A program made the translations under genes and the position numbers. A stretch of DNA of 64,000 nucleotides from a virus (Duplodnaviria > Heunggongvirae > Uroviricota > Caudoviricetes): the IMG/VR virus record IMGVR_UViG_3300012324_000010. The stretch is one strand, 5' to 3'. Of the stretch, positions 40,873-51,315 are shown piece after piece; within the stretch, counting starts at the first letter, position 1; the number at the start of each line of letters is the position of its first letter. The notes beneath the pieces are model-generated. The model was given only the letters and a program-made list of their open reading frames with translations. It was not told the origin of the DNA and did not search any database.

Positions 40873-43800
40873 CTATGCTCTTCTTCTCTTTATCATTACA
40901 GCTGATCCAATAATCATTGCTGCAATAAGTAGCATGATAGCCACACGTGGAACAACACCAGTAGCTGGAAGAATGAACTTCAGCACATCAGGAATGCGGT
41001 AAGAATGAGCAGGATCATCATCTGTGACTTTCTTCTCACCATAGTATCCTGTAGCTGTGACATCATCACGGTGCATAACATTCTTCTCTGGTGACTTCAC
41101 ATTTACTGTAACCTCAGCAGTATCACCAGGATTAAGAGTTATAGAACCATTAGCAACACCTTTCTTTATAGTCTTTCTAGACTTATCTTTAATAGTGTAG
41201 GTTGCCTTACCAAGAGAATCATTGATGTATTGATCTTCAGCTCCCTTGATGATATCAGTAACCTGAACCTTTTCTAGTGGTGTATTACCAGTGTTTTCAA
41301 CTACAACCTTGACATCCATGGTCTCAGCATCATTGTCCAGCCATACAGCACTAGCCTTAGTGTTAGCATCATGACCATTAATGTACTTTGTCACCTTAAT
41401 CTCTGGGTTTTCAGGCTTATTGCTGAAAACAAAGGTGTGTGCAGCATTATTCTCATCAACTACAAAGAGTGCTGGAGTAGAATCTTTAAGGTAGCCCTGA
41501 GGAGACTTGGTTTCCTGGACAATATATGTTCCATACTCTAGGTTATCAAAGACTGCTACACCAGAAGAATCCTGAGTGTTCTTGGTCTCTCCTGAATCAA
41601 CAGGACGGTAATAAGTACCATCAATGGTGAAATCACCATCTTGCTTATTATCCACTTTTTCAACCTTAACAGCCTTGAACTCAGCCTTAAGTCCAACAAG
41701 TGGCTTGTGTGTGGATTCATCCAACTTGGACACTGTAATCCTACCTACCTTCTTGTAGTTAGGAACATAAACTGTAAACCTACCATCTTTAGCTTCTGGA
41801 TCAGTAGCCATTCTTGTAGTGGCATTGAAGGATACAGTCTTCTTTCTTAGCTCATATCCTTCAGGTGCCTTGGTTTCTACTAGGACGTAGGTCTTCTCTG
41901 GATCTACAGGTACAGTAACCTTAGCTTTACCATCTTTACCAGTAGTTAGTGTTTGAACAAGAGTACCCTGTGCATCATTTTCTCTAAGCTCTAGAACAGC
42001 ACCCTCAAGATAGCGAACTACATTGTAGTTGCCATTAGATTTCTCAATTACACTGCCTGGGTTATCATCCTTGATATCCTGAGCAGCTTGATGGGAAGCA
42101 AGGTTTTGAGCTATGTACTCTACCTTGGCAACCTCTGGTTCAATCTTCTTATTGGTTGCTGCGTAGTTAAAGGTTTGCTGCTTGTCCCTTATGGTGAAGA
42201 ACTCTGGGGAAACATACTTGCCACTGTATCCTTGTGGTGTTTCAGTTTCCACAATACGGTAGCGGTTAGAGTCCTTGATAGTCCAGGACAAAACACCATC
42301 ATCAGGAGTTGTCTTAGGGTCACTATCTTTCACAAAGCGTCCATCTACGAACTTCTGAAGAACAAACTTAGCACCAGCTACAGGGTTGCCATCTTGATCT
42401 ACCTTGTTGACAGTAACAACAGAATCTTGTGTCTTTCTCTTATTAGGGACAATCAATCCAGACTGTACTGTTAGTGTGTTTCCTTGAGGATCAAGGAGTT
42501 CACCCTTTTCACTAACCATGAATCTCAAATCTAGACCATCAATCTTCTCATATCCAGAAGGAGTAGCAGTCTCATTGAGTCTATAGACAACATAAGGGGT
42601 AAGGTTATTGATCTTTATATTATTGTATGAACTAGAACTAGAAGTTACCTTAGATATAACCTTGTCAGTTTCATCTTCAACAACCTCGAATTGAGCACCA
42701 CTGAGCTTAGAGCCATCAGTAAGCTGATATTCACCAAAAGGCTTAGGCTTTCCATTAGTGTAAATCCTATCATCATTAACACCTAGCTTGACAAACTCAA
42801 TATTAACCTTGTTGTTGACAATGACGTGTTCTTTACCATCAACTGTTTCACCTAGGTAGGTGGTCTTGTCCCCTTCTACCTTGATGTTGGAGATATCCTC
42901 AATAGGTTGCAGGTTTCCAATTGGGGTGGTTTCCTCCAAGGTATAGGTTCCAGGTTTGATACCAGCAATAATAACTTTACCATCCTTGTTAGCTACACCA
43001 ACATAAGAATTAGAAGAGTTATATCTTTCGCTTAGCTTAAACTTGGTTCCAGGAAGAGGGTTGCCCTTTGCATCAACCTTATTGAACTCTACTTCACCAT
43101 AAGTAGGTGCTGGAGGTGTAGGAACATTGGTGTAATCTTTCAGTGTTATTACTACTGGAGAACTAGCATAAGCTTTCTTCATCATTGCAAGAGTAATAGT
43201 GATTACCCGATCACTAACCTGATATCCCTTAGGGGCTTGAACCTCAGAGACAGTATATCCTGGCTCAACATTGACAGAATCAAACTTCACCATACCATCA
43301 TCACCGGATACAGCAGAAGCTACTACATCACCTTCTGGATTCTTAAGCTCAAAACGAGCACCTGGAAGTGATTTACCATTCTCATCAACCTTCTTTAGTT
43401 CAATGGAAGCTGGCTTCTTTCTAAGCTTGTTTTCAACCCTATTACCCTCAATCAATTGTGGTTGGTGATCATCCTTCCAGAAGAAGGTGTTATATGCACT
43501 TGGTCCAACAAGATCAGAAGGTGGGTTTCCAAACTCATCTAAGCGTTCAGCATTAGCCCTCATTGGAAGAATAAACTCAATGCGCTGACGTGGCTTGATA
43601 GTGACACCCTTGTTCTGAACAATCTTAATGGCTTTAGTCTTCTTGCTTGGTGTGTTCTCCCATTTAAGATTACTTAGAACCTTATTTGATTCAGACTGTG
43701 CCTGTACACCCTCTGAGTGTGTAGGGTAGTTATCTCCATTGTAGTACTGGATAGTGTATCCATCTGGAATGGTTGGTTTACGTGTTGGATCATAAGTGTT

Positions 43801-46800
43801 AGAGAAGAATGATTCTCTCTTATTAGGAATACCAACATCTCCCTTGTGAGGGAAGACATCATAGATAACAAGATCTCCACGCTCATTTTCTGTACCGTTA
43901 TCTAGTCTAAGCTTGTAATCTAGAAGTGCTCCAGGATCAGTGGTTACAGAAGAAGTCCATGCTTTAGGATCACCCTTATCATCATATGTTCTAATCTGCT
44001 TTCTAGCACTCATATCAGAAGCAGCAGTATAGTTAGTCCATACATTAGCATAAGACCACTCACCTGGTCCAGCAGGAGGATTGACTACCTTGTTAGCTAG
44101 TTCTGTGTTCTGTGCTTTGACATAAACATCATTATTGATTTTACCATCTGGAACAGTCATACTGGTTTTAACAGTGATGTAACCAACACTGAATCTATTT
44201 CCAGGATTAAGCTCTTGTGCAGTAGCAGAAGATGCCTTAAAGACAATAGCTGTTTGACCTGTTTCGTTGTAGTTTTCTACAACCTCATAGGAAGCACCAG
44301 GAAGTTGGGCAAACTGTGGAGCCATTTCTACATTTTCCACATCTACACCAAGAGGAAGAAGATCTACCTCTGTAATATTAGTGATAGTCTCACCAAAACC
44401 TTCACGTGGAGTAAATCCTACTGTGTAGCGAATGTTGTCATCAGTAATAATACTGTCAACCTTATCCCCATTGGAATTGTATCCCTGCTGGGTTTTGAAA
44501 GCAACTATTTCTTGGTTTTGTTCTCTGACAGTCTTTTGAGCATAGACAGGTCCAAAATTTCCTTCTTTGGCATCCAATTGTGCTCTGTTGCCAAAGATAG
44601 TATTTTGCTTTTCATCACCATAGATAGGTGTATCAGGATCTTTGAGCCTAGAGGTAAGTGAGATAATATCACTGGTTCCCTTTGCTAGAGGATGATCAAT
44701 AAGTTGCATTTCTAGTTTATCAGCATTGATAACCTTATTCTTTTCAAAGGTTGCTGTTCTCTCAGAACCATCTATCATATGAGATTCTAGAATAGCACCT
44801 CTATCATCAATAGCTCTAACCTCAACCTTTCCTAGAGACTGTGGAATAGTCACAGTGTCATAGTACATTCTTGGATCGAGATCAAAGTCTGTGAATACAG
44901 CATCATGGAAAGTCTCAACAGCACTGAAGGGAATAGTCCATCCAAAAGTACCATTTCTCTCCAGAGAGTTGTCATAGAAATAGTTGCTAGAAGAAGGTCC
45001 ATGATTTCCAGTAGCAAATTTAGCAATAATCTTTCCAGGTGGTGGAGTGTACCTAGCAAAGTGATTAGTTGTTGTGTCAGTAGTGAGCATCACTGGCTCA
45101 GTATTAGGCTTGTTAAAAGGAACAAGTGTTGTCTCAGATTTCAGTGGAATGCGCTTATTTTCCACAGAACCAGGATAGCCCAGAACAAGAGTGTCAGTAA
45201 AATCAACAGACGTATTATTCCTTGTCCCCTTAAAGGTGACATAAGTACCATCATCACTAATCTTCCATCCTGGGTTGAGTTCAGGATCAAACTTAGCTAG
45301 ACGGGTAGGATCATTGGAATCATAAAGTTTAGACTTCTCGTGAACGGTGTATTTAGGAAGATATACCCTTGTTTCATAATCTCCTACATTTCTATCAAGG
45401 TTGATGTTTCTAATGTTGTAGGTGATAGTATTTCTGACTCTTTCACCTTCTCTATCATCAGCAACATAAGCATCAGGGTTTTCGCCATCATTAGACACAA
45501 CGGTCTGCTCATAGTCATCAATGAGACCATTCTTCTTTTCCCCATTAGCTGTCACCCTTTGATAAGGATTCCTATAGTATCCAACGAAAGAGTCAGGCTC
45601 AGAAGTTCTCACAATATTTCCATCATTGTCAACCAAAGTTGCTACAACAGGGAACTTGGTTTTGGAAGGAGTTACCTTTTTCTTGAACTTTACCCTAAAA
45701 GGAATAGTAGTAGACTGTGCAGGATTTAGCAGTGGCACAACAAAGGAGAAAGTATTTCCTTCACGCTTAAAAGTAGACTTATCAATGTTAAGACTAGATG
45801 TTGTAATATCTACAGAGTTTAGATCATAAACACTAGGATCTAATGTGAAATAAACCCTAGAGTTCACCAAAGGTTCAGTGTCATATCCAGTCCTGTCAAT
45901 TCTTACCCTACCTGTCATAGAGTCACCAATGAGATAAGGATCATCATTGTTGAGTTCAAGGGAAATATTAGTCTTTGTATCTTCTTGTACGTCGCTCTTG
46001 GAATAAACAACCTTTACGGTTTGAGTCTCTTCTCTAGCCGCTGTGTACTCAATGGAAGGCTCCACCGCCTTATAGCCTAAGTGCGCCAGGAACGGAGGCG
46101 TAAATGTCACCTTTTCATCACTAGATCGTGTTTCAGTAATAGATGGAGCTATCTCATTACCCTCTTCATCAACAAAGACATAAGTAACCTCTACTGGGTT
46201 AATACGGATAAGCCATATTGACTTAGCATTGTTAGGGTTGGTCCTATCATGAGTAATGAAAGTGATAGGCCTAGGGATGCGGGAAGAATTCACATCTGAG
46301 ATAAACTCACTTGTAAGGTTTTCTGAGGGAAGCGTAAAGATAAGGTTTTCAGGGAGTCGGTTGTTACCAAACGAAAGATTACCGATCGATACAACCTTAC
46401 CCCAATCATCAGGAAGCGCGGTAAGTTGATTATCATAAAAAGCCTGATCGTCAATCGTAGTCACCTCGTCCCAGCTGTCAGGAAGAGAGACGAGTTGGTT
46501 TTTTTGAAACGCAGATTTACCAATCTCAGACACCTCACCCCAGCTATTAGGGAGAGATGTTAGCTGATTTTCGGAGAATGCAGCTTTACCAATCTTAGTC
46601 ACCTTATCCCAGTTATCAGGAAGAGACGTCAGCTTGTTGTTAGAGAACGTGTAGTCTGCAATAGAAGAAACTTCACTCCAGTCATCGGGGAGAGAAGTAA
46701 GTTGATTTCTTTCGAACGCAGATTCACCAATCTTAGTCACCTTACCCCAGTCATCGGGGAGAGAAGTAAGTTGATTTCTTTCGAACGCAGACTTATCAAT

Positions 46801-49200
46801 AGAAGTAATCTTACCCCAGTCATCGGGGAGAGATGTCAGCTGGTTGTCAGCGAACGCGTAGCCTGCAATAGAAGAAATCTCACCCCAGCTGTCAGGAAGA
46901 GAGGCGAGTTGGTTTTTTTGAAACGCATATTGACCAATCTCGGTCACCTCACCCCAGTTATCAGGGAGAGATGTTAGCTGATTTTCGTAGAACGCAACTT
47001 TACCAATCTTAGTCACCTTACCCCAGTCGTCGGGAAGGGATGTTAGCTGATTTTTATAGAACGCAGATTCACCAATCTTAGTCACCTTACCCCAGTCGTC
47101 AGGAAGAGAAGTGAGTCGGTTGTTCCAAAACGCTCTATCACCAATAGAAGTAATCTTGCCCCAGTCATCGGGGAGAGATGTCAGCTGGTTCTCCATGAAT
47201 ACGCCATAATCAATAGAAGTAATCTTACCCCAGTCGTCGGGAAGGGATGTTAGCTGATTTTCATAGAACGCATGTTTACTAATCTTAGTCACCTTACCCC
47301 AGTCGTCAGGAAGAGAAGTGAGTCGGTTGTTCCAAAACGCTCTATCGCCAATAGAAGTAATCTTGCCCCAGTCATCAGGAATAGACGTCAGCTGGTTTTT
47401 AGCGAACGCGTAGTCTGCAATAGAAGAAATCTCACCCCAGTTATCAGGAAGAGAGGTGAGTTGGTTGCTTTCGAACGCATATTTATCAATAAAAGAAACC
47501 TTATCCCAATTATCAGGGAAAGATGTCAACTGGTTGTCTTGGAATGCATAAGAACCAATCCATCTTACATTACCCCAATCACCAGAAATAGAAGTTAGAC
47601 CTTTTTTCTCAAAAGCCTCTTTGCCAATAGACTCAACCGTCGTGCCATCTTCAGTAAAAGGCGGAATCCATAGCTCAGTCTTGCCGGAAGCAAGCTTCTT
47701 CTGACCACTATCACTAAAGCCTGTGACTGTACTTCCATCATAGGTAAAGTCTTTAATCTGCCAGCCATTACCAAACTCATAGTCAGGGTAGTTGATACCT
47801 ACAGTGGCTTTAGCTGTTTCAATTCTTTCATTGCCATCTTTGTCAGAGACTGTATAGATAACATCGTAGATTCCAGGAGCGTCAGGATTAACATTAGAGT
47901 AGTCAACCTTGATTTTAGAAGTTAGATCCTCTCCTGACTTACTCTTAGCAGTTACCCTTTTAAGGAACATGTCTTTAGTCAGTGTTGCACCATTGTCAAT
48001 CTCAAATCCCTTAGAAGGAAGAGTGATGGTAGGTCTTAAATCTACCTTGGTGTACTTAGCTGTAATCTCATACCCATCTTTATCTGGGGTAAAGGTGATT
48101 TCAGGAGTATCAAGCCTATATCCCTGGATTTTGCGTGGAGTATAGGTTGCTTCCTTGCCTTTCTCAAAGGCTTGCTTGGTGGTTTCAAGATTGTCACCTA
48201 CTGTTTCATCAGGAGCAATAGAATCACCCTTATCATTCTGGTAATGAACAACAATGGATACTGGATCAACTACCTGTCCAGACTGTGAATCATAGGATTG
48301 AGTAGTAATACCCTTGGTGTCATCAGAGCCTGATGTAGTGACAAGTTTTATCCATACTTTATTTTTGGCAAAAACATCTGATCCCAAAGTGGTATTATCA
48401 CCTAGAATTGCTTCTTTGATGAAGTTGGTGGAAAAAGCTTCATCATTAATCTCTCCTACATTTTTAAGATCTATGTCCCCTTTGATCCTGTTGTTGATAA
48501 AGGCTCTATCTTTAAGGATGACATCTTTGCTGTTGGAGAAGTCTATAGAGGTGATCTTGTTGTCCCTGAAAGCATCAGCACCCACCTCTTTAGTGTCATG
48601 GAGGGAAAGTGAGGAAATATCATTTTGAGCAAAGGCATTGTCCCTAATAGTGCGTACATGTAGCTCTACATCTCCAGAGATGCTATTGCCCTGAAAAGCG
48701 TTATCACCAATCTTGTCTAGCGTGTCAGTGGATTCAAAAACTAAGGTTTTAATACCTTTGTCTTGGAAAGCACCGTCAGCAATCTCAATGACTTTCTTTC
48801 CATCAATCTCTTTAGGGATAGTAAGCTTGCCATCAGAGATTTCTTTATCACCAAGACCAATAATGACAACGCCATCATTGAACTCTTCTATCTCAAATCC
48901 AGAAACTTGTGAACTTCGTGCTTCTCTTTCTTCTGTACTGGACTCTGCTTCCCCTTGGTTAGAGTAAGTAGAGATTTTCTTCTTTGTTGAAGTGGTTTTA
49001 TCTCCAGGAGAGGATGTACTCTTTTTTGTTGGAGTTGTATCGTGGGTAGATGAGACAGAGTTTTCTTTGTCCCTTGTTGCCCAGGAGAATGACTCCTCTC
49101 CATCACGTGCATTTGCACTAGGAATAAATGCAGTTGTGGCTAAAAGAGCGGTAGAAAGTGCCGCAGCCATAGTCTTCCTCATGCGAGTGGTTTTAATCAT
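40873..49200 (-). CDS. giant tip pilin/adhesin (2775 aa): BspA-type LRRs, MucBP/Ig-like and multiple SpaA/Cna-B domains, LPATG anchor
   Basis: Signal peptide; IxxxAFxxN repeats; repeated ETxAPxGY E-boxes; LPATG + TM + KRRR. Confidence 0.9.
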   Translation of the reverse strand: MIKTTRMRKTMAAALSTALLATTAFIPSANARDGEESFSWATRDKENSVSSTHDTTPTKKSTSSPGDKTTSTKKKISTYSNQGEAESSTEEREARSSQVSGFEIEEFNDGVVIIGLGDKEISDGKLTIPKEIDGKKVIEIADGAFQDKGIKTLVFESTDTLDKIGDNAFQGNSISGDVELHVRTIRDNAFAQNDISSLSLHDTKEVGADAFRDNKITSIDFSNSKDVILKDRAFINNRIKGDIDLKNVGEINDEAFSTNFIKEAILGDNTTLGSDVFAKNKVWIKLVTTSGSDDTKGITTQSYDSQSGQVVDPVSIVVHYQNDKGDSIAPDETVGDNLETTKQAFEKGKEATYTPRKIQGYRLDTPEITFTPDKDGYEITAKYTKVDLRPTITLPSKGFEIDNGATLTKDMFLKRVTAKSKSGEDLTSKIKVDYSNVNPDAPGIYDVIYTVSDKDGNERIETAKATVGINYPDYEFGNGWQIKDFTYDGSTVTGFSDSGQKKLASGKTELWIPPFTEDGTTVESIGKEAFEKKGLTSISGDWGNVRWIGSYAFQDNQLTSFPDNWDKVSFIDKYAFESNQLTSLPDNWGEISSIADYAFAKNQLTSIPDDWGKITSIGDRAFWNNRLTSLPDDWGKVTKISKHAFYENQLTSLPDDWGKITSIDYGVFMENQLTSLPDDWGKITSIGDRAFWNNRLTSLPDDWGKVTKIGESAFYKNQLTSLPDDWGKVTKIGKVAFYENQLTSLPDNWGEVTEIGQYAFQKNQLASLPDSWGEISSIAGYAFADNQLTSLPDDWGKITSIDKSAFERNQLTSLPDDWGKVTKIGESAFERNQLTSLPDDWSEVSSIADYTFSNNKLTSLPDNWDKVTKIGKAAFSENQLTSLPNSWGEVSEIGKSAFQKNQLVSLPDSWDEVTTIDDQAFYDNQLTALPDDWGKVVSIGNLSFGNNRLPENLIFTLPSENLTSEFISDVNSSRIPRPITFITHDRTNPNNAKSIWLIRINPVEVTYVFVDEEGNEIAPSITETRSSDEKVTFTPPFLAHLGYKAVEPSIEYTAAREETQTVKVVYSKSDVQEDTKTNISLELNNDDPYLIGDSMTGRVRIDRTGYDTEPLVNSRVYFTLDPSVYDLNSVDITTSSLNIDKSTFKREGNTFSFVVPLLNPAQSTTIPFRVKFKKKVTPSKTKFPVVATLVDNDGNIVRTSEPDSFVGYYRNPYQRVTANGEKKNGLIDDYEQTVVSNDGENPDAYVADDREGERVRNTITYNIRNINLDRNVGDYETRVYLPKYTVHEKSKLYDSNDPTRLAKFDPELNPGWKISDDGTYVTFKGTRNNTSVDFTDTLVLGYPGSVENKRIPLKSETTLVPFNKPNTEPVMLTTDTTTNHFARYTPPPGKIIAKFATGNHGPSSSNYFYDNSLERNGTFGWTIPFSAVETFHDAVFTDFDLDPRMYYDTVTIPQSLGKVEVRAIDDRGAILESHMIDGSERTATFEKNKVINADKLEMQLIDHPLAKGTSDIISLTSRLKDPDTPIYGDEKQNTIFGNRAQLDAKEGNFGPVYAQKTVREQNQEIVAFKTQQGYNSNGDKVDSIITDDNIRYTVGFTPREGFGETITNITEVDLLPLGVDVENVEMAPQFAQLPGASYEVVENYNETGQTAIVFKASSATAQELNPGNRFSVGYITVKTSMTVPDGKINNDVYVKAQNTELANKVVNPPAGPGEWSYANVWTNYTAASDMSARKQIRTYDDKGDPKAWTSSVTTDPGALLDYKLRLDNGTENERGDLVIYDVFPHKGDVGIPNKRESFFSNTYDPTRKPTIPDGYTIQYYNGDNYPTHSEGVQAQSESNKVLSNLKWENTPSKKTKAIKIVQNKGVTIKPRQRIEFILPMRANAERLDEFGNPPSDLVGPSAYNTFFWKDDHQPQLIEGNRVENKLRKKPASIELKKVDENGKSLPGARFELKNPEGDVVASAVSGDDGMVKFDSVNVEPGYTVSEVQAPKGYQVSDRVITITLAMMKKAYASSPVVITLKDYTNVPTPPAPTYGEVEFNKVDAKGNPLPGTKFKLSERYNSSNSYVGVANKDGKVIIAGIKPGTYTLEETTPIGNLQPIEDISNIKVEGDKTTYLGETVDGKEHVIVNNKVNIEFVKLGVNDDRIYTNGKPKPFGEYQLTDGSKLSGAQFEVVEDETDKVISKVTSSSSSYNNIKINNLTPYVVYRLNETATPSGYEKIDGLDLRFMVSEKGELLDPQGNTLTVQSGLIVPNKRKTQDSVVTVNKVDQDGNPVAGAKFVLQKFVDGRFVKDSDPKTTPDDGVLSWTIKDSNRYRIVETETPQGYSGKYVSPEFFTIRDKQQTFNYAATNKKIEPEVAKVEYIAQNLASHQAAQDIKDDNPGSVIEKSNGNYNVVRYLEGAVLELRENDAQGTLVQTLTTGKDGKAKVTVPVDPEKTYVLVETKAPEGYELRKKTVSFNATTRMATDPEAKDGRFTVYVPNYKKVGRITVSKLDESTHKPLVGLKAEFKAVKVEKVDNKQDGDFTIDGTYYRPVDSGETKNTQDSSGVAVFDNLEYGTYIVQETKSPQGYLKDSTPALFVVDENNAAHTFVFSNKPENPEIKVTKYINGHDANTKASAVWLDNDAETMDVKVVVENTGNTPLEKVQVTDIIKGAEDQYINDSLGKATYTIKDKSRKTIKKGVANGSITLNPGDTAEVTVNVKSPEKNVMHRDDVTATGYYGEKKVTDDDPAHSYRIPDVLKFILPATGVVPRVAIMLLIAAMIIGSAVMIKRRRA
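46350..47640 (-). repeat. about 18 tandem 69-bp (23-aa) LRR units inside the adhesin
   Basis: Unit consensus ITSIGxxAFxxNQLTSLPDDWGK. Confidence 0.9.
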
Positions 49201-49545
49201 CTTTACTCAGTACCTTTTCTTCACAAATGTTGCTTTTATACAACTTTGATTCAATTGATATTGTCCTATACTAGGATAGCACACAGATTTAAAATTGGTT
49301 TCTTTCAGGTGATATACAGCAGTTTCAATTTTGAAAACCAACCAATTTTAACTTGCTCACACTCTAAACACGCACTAGTGTGGGTAGTTATTACAGAAAA
49401 ACACTATTGATGAATCTTGTTATTGGTTTTTAAACACCCCTATATAGGTATAGATATTTTCTTTCTTCTAGACAACATTAACTCTCAATGCTATGATTTC
49501 TTATATACCAAGAAAACACCCATATTGCAAGAAGGAAACCTCATC

Positions 49546-50496
49546 ATGGATAAAAAGAAAATCATTTCCCATCCTACACCTAAGACATCACCTGATCTGC
49601 TTGTCTATGGCAAGGATAAGTTTGCTGATATCTCTAACCATAATGATAAGGTTGTTGATGACTACATTGTTCTTCCTCGTAGTTTTTCTGATGCACTAAA
49701 GTCTTTTCCTACTATTCAGAAATATCAGAAAGAAAAGTATCCTAAGAAGTTCTTTTGGCGGCAAAAGATCAGGGAATATTTCCAGAATAAGTATGGAAAA
49801 GATCGCTATAACATGGCTGAAGCCAACGAGGAAACTGCACTAATGGTATCAGCACTTGTTGGTGGAGCGTTTTCATTTATTGCACCACTATTTATTTACC
49901 TTTCCTTTTTCTGTGAAAATCCTGAGTTGGAATCATCACAAGGTAATGCTATTGGTATAGCTTTTCTTGTTCTTTTCTTCTACATCATTGTAGTAATGTG
50001 GTTTTTATTTTTTAGTCCTTGGGGTATTGATTATGATGAAGAGAATATGAAGAAGAAACTTCAGTATAAGATCCCTAATGAAGACAAGAGGTGTGTATAT
50101 GAATCTCAATTCATGTGCATAGACAAGTATGCTGATAAGTTCCCATCTTTCCACAGCAAAGCTATTCTATATCTTGCAGAAAAATCTGTATACAAGCTCT
50201 TCATGGATACCGATCCAGACATCTTGAACTCTATGCAGATTGTTCCTCTATCCCAGTCCTATGATGAATTGATGGATATGCTAGTTTTTACCCTAGCAAA
50301 TAGCGAAAATATTTCTGCAGAACTTATTGATGACTACACACAAGAGCTGCATAAGAGATTGGAAGTTTTCCAGGAAATGACAGAAGATATGGTACATGCA
50401 ACCAATGATATGGAAGAATACCAGGAGACTGCATATCAGAACTCTCTAGATGATGAAGCAGTAATGTTCATGCCAGTTTCCAGGAAGAGCAAGTAA
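49546..50496 (+). CDS. membrane protein, family H
   Basis: GAAGGA RBS; KKIISHPT, two TM segments, SYDEL. Confidence 0.85.
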   Translation: MDKKKIISHPTPKTSPDLLVYGKDKFADISNHNDKVVDDYIVLPRSFSDALKSFPTIQKYQKEKYPKKFFWRQKIREYFQNKYGKDRYNMAEANEETALMVSALVGGAFSFIAPLFIYLSFFCENPELESSQGNAIGIAFLVLFFYIIVVMWFLFFSPWGIDYDEENMKKKLQYKIPNEDKRCVYESQFMCIDKYADKFPSFHSKAILYLAEKSVYKLFMDTDPDILNSMQIVPLSQSYDELMDMLVFTLANSENISAELIDDYTQELHKRLEVFQEMTEDMVHATNDMEEYQETAYQNSLDDEAVMFMPVSRKSK

Positions 50497-50574
50497 GCAG
50501 AGAACACACCCTCATCTATTACAGGTGAGGGTATTTTTATACACTTGTCATTAATGATAAAAAGAAAGGTATCA

Positions 50575-51210
50575 ATGAGTACTACATATATTACTTCTGA
50601 TTTTATTCCAGAATATTTTCCTGAAGTTTTGTCTTATGGAAAAGAGAATATTTATAAGATTGTCAACAATGATTATCTAAGCACCATTTCCTCCATGGTA
50701 GCCCCAAGAGATTTTTCAACCGCTAGAAAATCTTTTCCTCTTATCCAGAAATACAGGGGAAAAGATATACAGCACTTCATAAAGAAAAGTCCACGTATTA
50801 AGTTAAATGATCTTTTCCAATATGGATTCTACAAGAATAAAAACACCCCTGAAAATCAATACAAGTTCTATAACGATCTGCAACAACTAGATAACTGTCA
50901 GTTCTTCTATGTGGATAAAAGCTCCAATGCATCTTATCTTTTTTCTAGTTCTCAGAAGAATGTAGAAGAAAATACCTTTACATCTTTTATCACTTCTGCT
51001 GCAAAACTGTTTGAAAACAAGAACATCAACAGTCTATCCAACTGTGATATTGATGATCTCTCACAGTCTTATGATGATTATATGGATGCATTGATTTTTG
51101 TGTATGCAAGAAAAGATTTTATGACTAAGGATCTACTTTCTACATACCAAGAAGAGCTGGTGAAAAGATCAGAGGTTTTTTGCAAGGTTGTATCTACTAT
51201 TCTACATTGA
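50575..51210 (+). CDS. family H protein lacking the TM pair
   Basis: PRDFSTARKSFPLIQKY and LSQSYDDY shared with neighbours. Confidence 0.75.
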   Translation: MSTTYITSDFIPEYFPEVLSYGKENIYKIVNNDYLSTISSMVAPRDFSTARKSFPLIQKYRGKDIQHFIKKSPRIKLNDLFQYGFYKNKNTPENQYKFYNDLQQLDNCQFFYVDKSSNASYLFSSSQKNVEENTFTSFITSAAKLFENKNINSLSNCDIDDLSQSYDDYMDALIFVYARKDFMTKDLLSTYQEELVKRSEVFCKVVSTILH

Positions 51211-51315
51211 TAAGTAGTAGATGATTTGTGTCCCCTTTGGTTGTAGAGATATTTCTTGGTATGCTTATGTTTAAAGCAACACCCACATAGAAACACAAAG
51301 GAAAAAGAAGACATT

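Noticed and set aside
46350..47640. Regular repeats as a CRISPR array
   Set aside because: They are 69-bp in-frame coding LRR units with no unique spacers; no cas genes seen.
41641..49249. Many short ORFs antisense or out of frame within the adhesin and other long genes
   Set aside because: Shadow ORFs without RBS or recognisable motifs.
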